Origin: Amphiscolops sp. MND2022
Lineage: Eukaryota
NCBI GenBank assembly: GCA_964187785.1
Contig: OZ076409.1
Span: 55,430,001 to 55,494,000, forward strand
Length of the DNA: 64,000 bases
Direction of reading: 5' to 3'
The notes under the pieces were generated by a model. It was not told where the DNA came from, ran no database searches, and saw nothing but the letters and a program-made list of their open reading frames with translations. Positions 1-12,790 of this stretch are shown piece by piece. The translations under genes were made by a program, and so were the position numbers. The first letter of the stretch is position 1, and each line of letters starts with the position of its first letter.

Positions 1-1480
1 AGAATGGTTTCCCTGATTCCGCAGAGTGGGGAATTAAGAGAAAGCAGCTAGCCAGTTGTCCCAGGCTGCCACCAGTGATTTCATTTTATTTTATGTTTGA
101 TTGCCTGTATATTCAATTTAGTGAAGGTTGCCGCGTTTCCAACCAATCAGAGAGCGCCTTACATAATTGCAGTATTATTCTGAGTGCTCTGAATTAGTGC
201 TTTCAATTAATGGACACCATGGCCATATATCGCTTGATGGACGGACACTGAGTCCGAATTTAGAATTTAAGTGCTGTTAAATTTCATTCAAAGGCCATTC
301 ACAGCTGTCCACCTAAATAAGTCTCTCACTTATGGCTAGTGGACAAGTAGTTCCAAAATTAAGTTTGGCATATAATTGAAATCAAGTGGGGTATTAAAAT
401 TGGACAAATTGTCCTTCCCCCCTTTTTGGTATCGCCTTAAAGGTGAAATGACCAATTTTTAGTGTAAAATTGTTCTTTGTTACGGCATATACGAATACAT
501 ATTGTGCGCTTATGGCTCAGTGTTATGATGATACATGAAAAGTGCATGTATTGTTTCATTATCTAGAATTACATGTATTCACGGTACGGTTAATAATATT
601 ACGTTGATGTAGACCATGAGGCTGTGTAAACATTTTGTGCCCACAAGGTTTTGATGCTACTATCAGGATAACGAATTACGTCAACAGATTTTTGTAGTGA
701 GACGTTGTACCATTCATTACTTTTTTTAGATATTGTGTTTTAAAAATAGTTTCATGATTTTCCATATTTTGTATGTCATGCATATTTTAGAATAAACAAT
801 CGGGACTCCTAGTCCCAGGGACACAATTTGATTTGTAACTCCATTACTCAGACTGATTGTGAAACTCACTATATTTTACCATAGAAGAAGTTATTGACTT
901 CTTTCCACACGAATACTTTCTTCAACAAGAAGACAAAAGACTGAACAAAACATTCTAGAGAAATGGACATGAGGTCCAATGATAACAACATGGACATGAT
1001 GCTTGGTGGAAACAATTCAGATTGCATAGAAAGGAAATTCGAGATTATATTCAATCATTCTCTCGGCCATGGTGACACCGAGGCCATTCTTACCTTCAAA
1101 ATTCCTTCACAGCAAACTGAGACTAGAAACATAGGCTGTAGAATTGAGACCACTAGGTCAAATAGACCCTTAGATTCTATGGAAATGTTATCAGAGGAAT
1201 TGAATCTCAGGTTATCCCAAGTGCGGGATTCACTCATGAACATCCTACAAGTCAGATAACTAGAGTGACCAATTCTGCCATCAATGATAGAGTGATCCCA
1301 GCGATTCGAAATGCTACGGGTAGGCTGTCTTCAGGACAGGACAGAGGGACACCGAGTCCGGTTCGTCACCAAATAATCAGGAAGATAAAGAAGGATCAAA
1401 TGGGCTTAAAACTAAATTTATAAAAAAGGACTTAAGGTCCGACTTTGATTTAAGACACACAGAGGACCTTAGTCCTTACA
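1..1480 (+). mobile_element. 3' part of a Gypsy-type LTR (solo or 3' LTR) containing a decayed gag N-terminus
   Basis: AATAAA at 791; decayed gag-like reading frame ~963-1479 (ends ...DLRHTEDLSPY) that stops at ...CCTTACA (1480), an LTR-type CA end; same layout as the 44328-46523 LTR. Confidence 0.6.
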
Positions 1481-2572
1481 CCAGTCTAGACTTTTTTACA
1501 ATTAGTACCTGCCTGAATCTATACTGCAGTGACACTCATTATGATGCTAACTTTTGTTGTGTACGCAACGCTTAACTCTTAGTTGTCATGACCCTTTGAC
1601 ATTGTTACAACTTTTCACTTGAGTCTTATTACTTCTATTCTTTTTGCGAGTCTATAACAGTAACATTTAAACTTTCGAACTACTTTCCTCAATTGTGGTA
1701 CCCCCTGAGTGTAAAACTTCTTCATTGATGCTCTTGCGTTCATTTGTAGAACCGAATTTGGCATTTCCTAACGTAATTGTATTGAAACAATGCAATATTT
1801 CTGCAATTCGTGAATATTTAACACAATATAATCTTGGTATTTTGTGTTTACCAAATTCTTGAATATATACTGTTGATTGAAAAGTTCTTCGGACAAAAGG
1901 TGTAATCATAATTTAGTGTCTCAAACTTTAGCTGAATTACGGCTAGTATTTCATTTCTTAAATTCACTTGAGTGATATGGATAATTTATCGCTCATAAAA
2001 AGATAAATGAATTCAGAAACATGCAGTGTGGTGCATTTACATTTTAAAAACAATTTTCAAAAAAAAAATTTTTTTGTTTGTAAAGGATCATTTAAATTAT
2101 TACATAGTCAGATCGAAACTATTTCAGATCAAAATTGCAATCCTCAAAGAGTTTACCTTTCTCGTCAAAAGTCGCGGCTGTCGTTCTTCACACATAAATC
2201 AAACTTCGAATGGAAGCATTGAATGGATTATATACACTAAACTATTCAATGCATCAATCCGAAATTGTTCATCTTATCTGGATTCTGAATAATACCTACT
2301 AAAATTTCCCAAAAAAACAGATCGAGTTGGCGTAGATGGTAAATATTATATTCTACGCTCCCAGCTTTATCGCCGAGATTCATTCACTGAGAGTACAGTT
2401 TAATTATATTTAAACTATTACTTTTCATTGAAATGATTATTCCTTTAATTGAATCTCTTTAAAAAGTTTTAAAAGGTTGGAAAATTTACACGATCGTTCA
2501 AATGATCCTTTATATTATCCTTGAATTGTACAACACTGGAAATATGTCAAAGAGAATAATGGTGGAACTCAC

Positions 2573-2596
2573 CCAGTTGCATATGTCTCAACATGT
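2573..2596 (-). CDS. Gene A exon 9, 24-nt microexon
   Basis: TTTCAG/ACATGTTGAGACATATGCAACTGG/GTGAGT, phase 2-2, in frame (HVETYATG). Confidence 0.65.
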
Positions 2597-5500
2597 CTGA
2601 AACATTGAAAATTATAGCAGGTAAATATTTCGCCTTAGGAAAATAATTTCAGTTGAGTTGAATTTCCTAGAAATATTGACAGGATAACCTTCCTAAACAT
2701 TCTTGATATGCTTAAATAAAATGCTTTTTAGTGAAACGCTTTCGAACATTGGCCTCAAGTCAAAAATTTTGATGAGTTAATAGATTCATTCGATTATGTT
2801 GCAAACAGCATCTGACTTTGAAACATGCAAGACAAATTCAAGGAGCAACAGACTTTTTTTCATTGATGTACATCAAAACGTGTTAAATAATCACTCACGT
2901 TCTGACGTAACTGATTTCGACATGATCAAGTTGAAGTAATTGCGCTCCGATAGCCTCGCAGTACTTCTGGGCGTTGGTATGAGTGAGTTTGAGCTCTTGA
3001 GGATAAAATACACAGAACTCCTTTTCGGCTCCCTCGGATTTACCTGGCATGTCCCAGCCTTCAGGACATTTGGGTTTGTAAATAGCTGCAAAAAAGAATG
3101 TTGTGTCCCGTACACAAGTTTCCCAGATAAACAAGTGAAATCTAACATTTTCATACCATTCATTTTCTCAAAAAATTTTTAAATACCTTTTGTTGATTAT
3201 ATTTGTTTCAAGCGAAATTCTTTATTTTTATTCTGTTCGTAATTAAGGCAAGTTTTCATGCCAGTATTTTTTAAATGCTCCTCTAAATAAAATGCTTTTC
3301 CAGCAGTCTTTCACAGTCTTTCATGTGATTTTCAAAAGTAACACACAACGAACAGGAAGCAACGTAAACCTGTGCCTCGCTTGGGGCCAAAAAATATAAA
3401 GAGGGACGTGCTATCAGTCGTTGGTATACTGATCGTATAGAACTATAAATGGAGGAAAACCAAAAGTGGTAACAATAGGTTTTCCCGATTGACCATGGTT
3501 GCATACATAATCTCTTCACAACACTTTATGTTCAATTAGTTGACAAAATATTTAGGTTTATCATTCTTTGCGACTTCTGGTAATTTAAAGAATGTTCACA
3601 CAGTTAAAATTTCCACAACTTTCCTTTTCATTTAAACTTTCCATTCATTTAAAGAATGTTCACACCTTTAAAATTTCCACAACTTTCCTCAAATTGTTTT
3701 AAAGTAACTGCGTCAGGACTTGCAATTCGATGAAAGCGATAAACTAACGATATTGGCATAAGTAGCATTTGTCTTCCATGCACATGTCTAAGTTCAAGTC
3801 GCCAGAGGGATACTTCATGTACACACAGCTTCCGTAAGGGGGCACATGGGGGCTTCGATCAATCCTGTACTTTTCTGGTCTTCCACTCACCAAATTCAGA
3901 TCATGACTAATACCAAGTAGAGATATTGAAATTAATGACCATAATCAACAAGTATACCTTCGAAGCAAACCTACCTGATATTCCAATGGTTTCCACGCAT
4001 GTTAATCGGATTTTTCCACCAATTATTTGATTAATTAATATTTGATTAAGTGAAAATCCAAGGAGCAGTTTCTGTAGGATGAAAATAACTTCTCAATTGA
4101 CGTCTAATCGATGGTCCATCAAGGAAACGATCAAATAATTTTATCTTCGTCATTTTCATGCAACTACAGCGCAAGCCTGTGAAAGTTTAAACTTTCTATT
4201 TTTTAAACTTTCTCTCAGTTTAAACACAACTTTCCAAGTTGAAATTAGAACTACTTTCTAATTAGAAACTTTCTACTTTCTAATTAGAACTACAAAACTT
4301 ACAAAAAACTACAAAATCTTCAATTTACAATTGCAAATGATACTATTCAACATCCCTGTTGCCAAGACCGTTGAAACCGACCCAGGCGTCTTGCATGAGG
4401 TCTTGGAAGGTTGCAGAGTTGGAAATGACGGTCATCTCTTCCTGGGTGGCTGCATCAGCCAACCATCCCCCTTTGTCGTAGCAACTAGTCACGGCATCGC
4501 AGTAGGACTCTCCTCCCCCGGCACACACTTCTTCCAGACAATATTCTTTGCCATTAACCGTGTACACTTCGCCGTCAGAACAGTTTCGTTTTTCTAGAGC
4601 AGAAAAACTTGGTTTATTGAATAATTGGTAAAAAGAGTGTAGCGATAAATACCTTAGTCTAGACTGCTGGAACATTTTAAATGCTGCAGTTCAGCATGTA
4701 GGATAATTTTCAAAGAAGTTTTTGGACGATGAATTATCAAGTATTCTTTGTCTTTAGTAAAAATCCGGATATTCTTCAGTCACGTTCAAAACGAAGCACG
4801 CTCATGTTCACACAACATGAGACGAAAACTTTCGGATTTGAGTTTGTTAGATTTCTATCCCTTCCCGACCATGAAGCATATCATTAGCGGAATGGAACAT
4901 AAGGTTTCATGCAGACAACTCCTAGGGGCGCGAATAACGTCTAAGGAATAACGTCTAAAAGTGTTTCGGGAATAACGTCTGAAGGATTAACGTCTAAAAT
5001 CCAATGTATTAAGATTGGGAATAAGCATGGCTGAGCATGACTTGGCTTTAGACGTTATTCCTTAGACATTATTCCTGCTCCCCGACAATTCCAAGTAGTT
5101 ACATGTATGCATGGAAAATGCATGACTCACCGAAGTTCTAATTGTATTGTAAAAATTGTATTGTGAAACACGTGTTTTATGATGAGGAGCTAACCTTGTC
5201 TGCACTCGTCTCCAACTTTTTCGAAACCTTCGAGACATTTGCACTCGTGTTGTCGCAACTCAGTCTCGGATCCCGCGTAGTCGATGCAAATTGAGTCGTC
5301 AGGGCAGAAGTTGGAGTGGTAAGAGCATCCCCTGGTTTCACAAATCCTGTAGGGCACAAAAAGTACTTGGTCACGTCCTTCCAAGTGACATTCTACAATT
5401 TTGTTTTTCACAACTTCTTGTTCCCCGGCACTGCACTCTACTCCATGTTCCTGTGCAAACAAAAAATGAGCAGTAATATTTTATAATCGGTTTATGATCA

Positions 5501-8500
5501 GTTGATAATCATATAAGGTTTCACATTTTTATTGAAACTCTTGCTTCACGTTTTAGCATCCTATGTTTTATTATACTTTCATAAACGAAAAAGAGAAATA
5601 TATATATTGTTTACATTGGCAAGAATGGTCAAATTTTCGAATCATCATTATATACTCGATGAATAAAGTTGATAATTTCAATTTTGTTCTAACAATGAGC
5701 ATTAAATCTGTCTGAATTTCCTGTTAGAACCAAATCAAACAATTGTGAGATAAATTTCACAGCTTTAGAAATTCGCTAATTTTCATGTCTTTGCTTGAAA
5801 ATTACAAATTTGCTTTTCAAATGGGGTGATGAATGCGACGCAACCCATCTCAAATCGATAAATTCAAATTCATGTCCAATAAATAAAAGGTTCATTAAAC
5901 AGAGACAGTTTTCCATCAGTGTTCATACAGACTGAGATTTTAGAATTGTAGAATGGTCATCTTTTGTCACAGTATATAATCGTATATTTACACTTCTACT
6001 GAAAGAAAGGCTAAGCTTCCAATTTCTGTTGTTTTTGCTTCCAATTGTCAATCAGTCAAGTAAAAAAAGTCTTCCCCTCGCCTAGCTTGCCAACAAAAAA
6101 CTTGCCGGTTAATCACCCAATTGCTACTGTTACGCAAACGTTGATTTTTAAAAGCACACCTTGATTTTCTAAGAAGCAAAAAGGTCCTTTTCTTTTGTAA
6201 TTCGAATCACAGAACAAAAAGACCTTATTACTTTTCAAAATTTTATATAATTGCTTTAAATATAATTAATCAATATATGGAATTGTAACATACAAAAATC
6301 CACGAAAAAGGAAGTTAAATAACTTCCGCACTTTCTATTCAATTTCCAGGAGTACAACCTTGTTAGAAATGTGATGCAAATCAAAACTTTTCGCCCAGAG
6401 ACGCTCTGGTTAAAAGCATTTCCAGAAAGTCATCTACTTCGCTTTCAATGTTTCCAGCCGTGATCCCAGCTGTCTTGAGTGTTTTGGTACTGCAGTGCTT
6501 TCTTAGTTGACCGAATTTACTGTCTACAAATGTGTGATATTTGAAATACATTCTCGATGTTCTTTATATACTTGATAGTGAGACCGTCAAATCCCTTCTT
6601 TGGTAGTACGAATATTTTTATGCTGCTTCCTTGCATGCAACACGCGGATGATTCCATGAGCCTGCTTCGCAAAACTTTGAAGGATTCCAATGCAACTTCC
6701 ACCTTTTCAATTAAAATTGATAATGATTCCACTTTTCCACCCTTTTAACCTCGACAGTACACCGAGAAGTCGAAAAATTGACAAAATTTTGGCAAATTTT
6801 TTTCAAAGCTTCATTTCTCCACAAATAATAGCCGCAGCTCCAATCGGTTTTTTGTTCCTGAAAGCCCTTTACCTAAGCTTTCAAATGCGCACTAGTTAGG
6901 TCGCGAGTTGGCGCCACTTGTTGGGGTGAGCGCCACACCGGCGGCGCGGGCCCGCCTCCGCCGGGCCTTTCAAATATCACAACTGAAGCTTCATTGAAAA
7001 AACTTCTATATGCGTTTTCAATGGTGGCAAACTGTGTTACTAGCGTGGGACAGTAACTTATCAAACAGTTGCTCAGTTATTGAGAAAAAAAACGAATTTT
7101 GTGAAATATACTTTTTTGCAAATTTTGAAACTTTTCCAGTTACTTTTTGCCTGTGGCTCGGAAAAAAATCGATATTGACACAAATAACAATTCACACCAG
7201 ATAGTCCAATAGACTGTCAATAAGAAAGACAATTTTTCGTTTTCCTCTATGTTTTTTGCGTGTCGTAATTTATTTTTGATTGCGAAAAAATGGTTGTCCT
7301 CATTTGTGGACGAAATCACTGTCGAGGTTAATCACTTTATTTTGACACTTCAATTTCCTAAATCTTAAACTTATGTAATTAATCTCGTTCAAATTGCACG
7401 CTGCCTAAGATGCTACTTTGAAATCAATCGGGTGACCGAAGTTGATTCGCATCGAAATGGCAGTAGAATTACAGTAGTGATAATATTAGAAGCAAAAAAG
7501 CGAATCTCTAACCAAATATCTCAAAAACGGCTAGGAGTTTTGAAAAATAGTAGGTTTTTCAAATTTAACAACTTAAAACAAGCTCATAGTAACACAATTT
7601 ACAAAAGTTTCGAGAAAAGTTTTATTGACAGATTCGAAATGTTCGGAAAATTTTTTCTGTCAAAATTATTTTTAAGGAAAAGTAAGTGGCACAAAAATTT
7701 AAAAAAAACTTTAAAAAATTATGTTTTGGAAGTATCTCTCGACCAATAAAATGAGCGCCTGAGACCTTAATTAGCCAATGAGACTTTCTTGCTCTTTTTC
7801 CGTGTGTGTTTTGTTAAAATAATATCACTACTTTGTACAGTCTCAGCTTCATTTAATAATAAAAATATCGTATAATAAAATATGTAAAACTTCATGGACA
7901 TTTCCCGCCATGTTTAGGATGCATCTTTTAAAGAGCCTGAAAATTTTGAATTGAATTAGTGAAGTTTTGATGCATAGAAGTATCCTTGAGTGCTCTATGA
8001 AATATGGTTAATTATCTTGGTAACCTGCAAAAACTTGTACAAAAATCAAGCAGTTTCATCTAGGGCCCGTTCAGACTTATACAAATGCAAACTGAAGAGC
8101 GAATTGTAATTTTGATCAGCTCCAATGGTTCTCAAAAATATCACTCGGTTGCCACGAATGGTTTCTATCAACATTGTAAGAAAACTTCAATGAAAACGGC
8201 CTGATAGAAGTATTTGCAGATAAAACATTTTAGGTATTGAATTACAAATAGTGCCAGAGTCTGATTTTCTGATTCTTCATAAAATTTTGTTTTTGCCAAC
8301 CATTTTGAACCATCTCAGAACAAATAATAGTTATTATTCTCCCTGCATTAATCGTGGATACATATGGGATTTCTAAAATCAATAAACGTTATGTCAAAGC
8401 TAAATCCAATTCAAAAGAACGATCAAAAATGTTTCAACCATTTTTCAGACATATTGGAGCTGAATGGTAGTTTTGAACACATCTGTTGCATTGTCCAGAA

Positions 8501-11500
8501 AGCCTTTAAGCTTGGAAATAAAGAATTAAATTTCTTTATTACTCCCGTTTTTGTCAGCGCTATTTTTCGATAGAGTGTCAAAGGCTTCATTTTTAGACGG
8601 CGTTTTTGAAGATGTTAGGCAATAAATAACAACTAAAATGCTCTCACGCCGTTTTAAAAACTACAGTTAGGGATTTTGTGTATGTGCAAAACTTTTTTCA
8701 GAAAATTTCTTTATTTCGCTGAAGGGTCTCTTTTAAGTTTTCTGCTATTTGCAGTTAACTCAGGCTATAAATCTTTACTAGCCCGTGAGCTTTCTGAAGA
8801 CGAAGATTTTGCGCTTTTCTCAGCGGGGCACAGACTTGGCCCGTTCCTGTTTCGTTTGAATTCGAGAAATTAGTGAAAAGCGTTGACAAAGTCTAAACGA
8901 TCCCGCTTTCAGAGTTTCTTGACATTAGGAGATTCTACAGAAAAAGACGCTCTTTGGCTTTTTTTAAAAGTTTATCTTTTTGAGCCTCACCCTTGTTGAA
9001 CATGCTTGAACTTTTTAGATGTTCTTTAAAGTTGCCAGCAACTTTTATTATCATCTTTCGAAACTCTTACGTCATCTTCAGCGTCCCATTTGGGAAGCGG
9101 TGATTAAATCAGATGAGTATTTGAGAAACCAATGTGTGAATACAACGTGATCGTGTCCGTAAAGAAGGGTGAAATATTTTCAAATTCACTTGCAGTAGTA
9201 GAAAATGCAGTGTGATTCTACAAGATTTACCACCGGAACCTTACTGAATTTTCTAGGTTTTATGAAAAATTATCCTGCGTGCAGGCCTGAAGCATCTGAA
9301 AAGTTCCAGTAGTCTCAACTAGGGTAGGCGTTAAGCAAAAGACAACGTGGGCCGTTTCTAGTTTGTCTTGCTGCAACTATCGCAACATAGGCCACATGTT
9401 TCAGTCTTGAATTTCTGTGAAAAATTTCAAGTCATAATTTGTCACAAACACTCTAAAAGCCTAACAAGTACCCGGCTTATTTGAATGTACTATGACATTT
9501 TTGGCACATTCTAATAAAGAAAACATCCGGCGAGTGACTGACTTCTTTTCCGATTGAAAATCAGTTAACAAGTTAGTTTTAAGCAGAAATGTTAGATGAA
9601 AAACCCAATGATATACCGGGTATAAAATTGAGCTCTTGGATCTCTTGTACATGTGATGAACGCGGTGATTTTTCTAGAACAAAAAATGGTTGAATGGTTA
9701 AACTTCTGCTACGATTACATTTTGGGAATACTCCGCAATACACCAAAAAAGGCTTAAATAAATAGTTTTTGTGCAAAAGTTTTCAAAAATTGAAATGTGA
9801 AGTTTTATGGGCATGAAACTCGTACCAAAAAGTCCTCGAAAAAAGTGAGTTTCTCGATTTTTCTCACATTCTGATTTGAATTGTTTGGTCACTAAAAGTT
9901 TTGCAGTAAATTTCCCTCGCAGACTTGCCAATTTGTAAGCTGTAAGCTTTCAAAGCTATGTTAAAAGACTCCCAATAGTGTCAAGACATTTTTCGATTCC
10001 AATACATTTGTTGTCATTTTTGAGTTATCTCAAAAACCTGAAACTTGATAACATTCAATTCGAAACAATTTTTTATTTTATACCTTAAAATTGAGAACGA
10101 AATGGACTCTTTATAAACGTGTTCATCATGAGAAGCTTTTAAACGATGTTTTAGAGAATTTTGGTTAAAAAAGCAGATTTTCCAAAACTTTGTTAAAAAA
10201 ATTACTGGATAAATTCCAGTTGTTTCCTGACGAAGACAGGGAAATTTGAGATCAAAAAAGTGACGTGTTCGTCTTCAAGGACACCAACCAAAGGAACAGA
10301 AAAAAAAGAAAAACTTTCTCCGACTCTCAGAACTTTAAATAGCTTCGAATACTACTGCAGTTTTGGTTGTCAATTGACTTTTTTTCCTAAAAATAACTTT
10401 GTAACAAAAAAACTGAGAGCAAAACCACAGGTAAATACACATAGACTTTTTCTGGATCTTCTTGTGTAGTTGAAATAGTATCAAATCTCCTCGTCAAAAG
10501 TAGAAAAGCTAAACTAAAGGAGATTTTGATGCGTAACCGTTGAAGTTACATTTGTATTGTTACGTAATATGAGATCAATTTCGATTAACAGAAAAAATGG
10601 AAACTTCTATTGGCTTGTTTACAAATAACACTTTTAAATATTTAACAACTCAGTTGAATAGTTTCTGTTCCGTTCTTGGATTCAATTAGAAGTACCCTTC
10701 AGTGAAAAACTTTGTAGAAGCTGATTTGTGACGTGAAAATGACTTAATTACAATGACTGGTGAATGAAAAAAGCACTTTACAGTGTTTATGTGTATACGC
10801 ATAAACACTGTAAAGTGCTTTTTTATAAAGTTTACTTACATCAACCGAAGGCTCGAAACAAGAGCAGTCAGACATGACACAACCATTTATGTCCAGTCGG
10901 TAGCCGTAGTTGGGACAATGGGCACCCACTCGGTCACATTCCTCTGGGTACCACAGGCACCAGCCCTGGTCTGGGTCTAAAGCAACGTCATGGGGTTTTC
11001 TCACAATGGGGCTGAGAGTAAATGATTCAAAAAACGTTGCCGTTGTTTGGTAAAATAATTTACTCAAAACTCTCAAATGACCTTTGATTTCCCACAGTTT
11101 GAACGTGTGCTCTTGGACTTCTGCTATTAAAAGCGTTTTTTTTTCTGTTTTATAAATTTTATTTGTTATCATCATTGTTTGAGGTGCATCTTTCATTAAA
11201 GGTACTGATTGTATCTAAAAATTGATTTAACTGGATAATCTGATGGATTAAGATCAGTTGACTTGGACAACTTGGATTCAAGTATGAATGAAGAACTTGT
11301 TGTTGGTATGTTGACTTACTAGCGCCATTAATAGTTCGCAATTGGCACTCGAGTTCCGTGAAGAATCTGTTGGCGTTGCCCCCGTAGCCTTTGTAGCCGA
11401 ATGACTCACACTTGCCACTGGATGAGTCATAGTACCATCTGGTGAGCGTGGGACCATCATCCTGTGTACATCCAGAGTCTGGACCAGCTTTGGGAACCAG

Positions 11501-12790
11501 TTGCATGATCTCATCTAAGAAAAAACAACTTGAATTGGTTGGTTGAGGGCTCCAACGTGACGTCGTTAGAAAAAAATAGAGGCGTTTATTAAAGTAAACA
11601 TAATTACAAGGTATTGAAATCAATATTTTAAAAAAGACTTCCCAGTCTGAGTTGGTGAATGAAAACTTGTTCGATTTATTTTTCGGACGACTGATAAACA
11701 AAAAATCTTCACCGCAAATTCTTGAACTTACACCAAATTCATTAGGCTTTCCTTTGAAAATTGATCACAATTACTCGTATACTCTAGAAGCAACATTTTA
11801 CTGGAGTTAATTTCACTATGAAAGTGTGTTCTATCCAATGTTGATGAGTATCTTGATGATCCAATGATGGTCCTATACTGGAGTTATTTTTTTTTCGTGA
11901 CTATCGAGTTGTTTGTTTTGTTTTATCAATGTTGTTGTTTGTTTTATCAATGTTTCGTTTTGGAGCAAACGCGACATTTCGTCTCTATAGAATACGCTGA
12001 TTTTTACTCTCAATATACACAGGTTCATAGTTATAGAGGTAAAATTTATTGACATTGATGAAGGAATCATGACACTGCAGAAGCAATGAAGTTTTCAATA
12101 TAATTTCAAAGCGCAAACTAAACTCACCCATGCATGCATTCTCACAGGCCACTTCGTACGGACTGCCCTTGTGTGACATGGAAGAGATGACTGACACCTT
12201 TTTGCACACCCCTGTGTTCATGTAAAAGTACCTGTCTACACTCTCACCCGAGTTGCCCGAAGCCAAGATGCTAGAGTCGTATCTCGGACATGTGTCTCCA
12301 TATATGGCAGTCGTCACTGAAACAGAAATCAATTTAATGTACGTAGACGGGCTTTCGGACAGTAAGTAGAGGCTCTGTGGATAGTGAAACGTCATTATCA
12401 GTTCCGTATCTTATGTCTCTACTTAGAAATTTCAACATGAGGTTGTAAAAGCTATATGGTATTTATTATAAAAAATATTAAAAACAAACTAAATGCAAAT
12501 CGTATGAAACTATGAAAAGTTACAATTTCTACATCAAATTTTGAAATATTACAAAAATATTACAAGGTTATCAAAAAAAGCAAAAATGTTTCAATAATTT
12601 CATAGTTGGATTAAAGTATTATCACAAATCTCTGAGCTTTGGTGAAAAGTTATTCAAATGAAGAAATTTACTGATAATCCAGAGTTGTCATAAAAACGAA
12701 AATTAACTTACGGACGGAAAGGTGCCAGGCGAGGACGAACAGGATTCCAGTTTTACTGGGTTGGCCCCAACCAAGGAGGCTGTTTTTCAT
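2573..12790 (-). CDS. Gene A (3'-incomplete): secreted Kunitz-like/Kunitz/antistasin/EGF/C-type lectin x2 protein
   Basis: Nine exons joined by GT-AG introns with matching phases: 12790-12712, 12316-12128, 11514-11320, 10976-10840, 5450-5195, 4593-4344, 3906-3749, 3085-2899, 2596-2573. Confidence 0.85.
2899..3085 (-). CDS. Gene A exon 8, C-type lectin domain 2, N-part
   Basis: CPEGW...FCVF...AQKYCEAIGAQL; TTTTGCAG acceptor, GTGAGT donor. Confidence 0.9.
3584..3689. repeat. Short tandem duplication in an intron
   Basis: ATTTAAAGAATGTTCACAC...AAAATTTCCACAACTTTCCT occurs twice. Confidence 0.85.
3749..3906 (-). CDS. Gene A exon 7, C-type lectin domain 1, C-half
   Basis: GSCVYMKYPSGDLNLDMCMEDKCYLCQY; phase-2 acceptor matches exon 6; GTTAGT donor; not in the supplied ORF track. 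Confidence 0.85.
4344..4593 (-). CDS. Gene A exon 6, C-type lectin domain 1, N-half
   Basis: YCDAVTSCYDKGGWLA...AWVGFNG; CTCTAG acceptor, GTATCA donor in phase 2. Confidence 0.85.
4925..5083. mobile_element. MITE with subrepeated terminal inverted repeats
   Basis: GGGGCGCGAATAACGTCTAAGGAATAACGTCTAA ... TTAGACGTTATTCCTTAGACATTATTCCTGCTCCCC; related fragments near 14107-14127 and 15265-15785. Confidence 0.8.
5195..5450 (-). CDS. Gene A exon 5, Cys-rich segment plus EGF-like domain
   Basis: Phase-0 GCACAG acceptor matches exon 4; CSYHSNFCPDDSICI...CKCLEGFEKVGDEC; GTTAG donor. Confidence 0.85.
6749..7327. mobile_element. Non-autonomous TTAA-targeting (piggyBac-like) element
   Basis: TTAA-CCTCGACAGT ... 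ACTGTCGAGG-TTAA: 10-bp TIR with TTAA on both sides. Confidence 0.8.
8989..9325. mobile_element. MITE of a family with ACCCT...AGGGT termini
   Basis: ~30-bp imperfect TIR; related ends near 8065 and 14407 and a related copy at 26941-27491. Confidence 0.6.
10840..10976 (-). CDS. Gene A exon 4, antistasin-like domain
   Basis: C..C..CPNYGYRLDINGCVMSDCSC; TTTAG acceptor, GTAAGT donor; ends in phase 0. Confidence 0.85.
11320..11514 (-). CDS. Gene A exon 3, Kunitz/BPTI domain
   Basis: RWYYDSSSGKCESFGYKGYGGNANRFFTELEC; CTTAG acceptor, GTAAGT donor. Confidence 0.9.
12128..12316 (-). CDS. Gene A exon 2, degenerate Kunitz-like domain
   Basis: TTTCAG acceptor, GTGAGT donor; DTCPRY...RYFYMNTGVCK...ACENACM. 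Confidence 0.8.
12712..12790 (-). CDS. Gene A exon 1, signal peptide
   Basis: MKNSLLGWGQPSKTGILFVLAWHLSV then GTAAGT donor, phase 1. Confidence 0.8.

Noticed and set aside
1519..1533. Further microexon of gene A
   Set aside because: Weak polypyrimidine tract and no diagnostic residues
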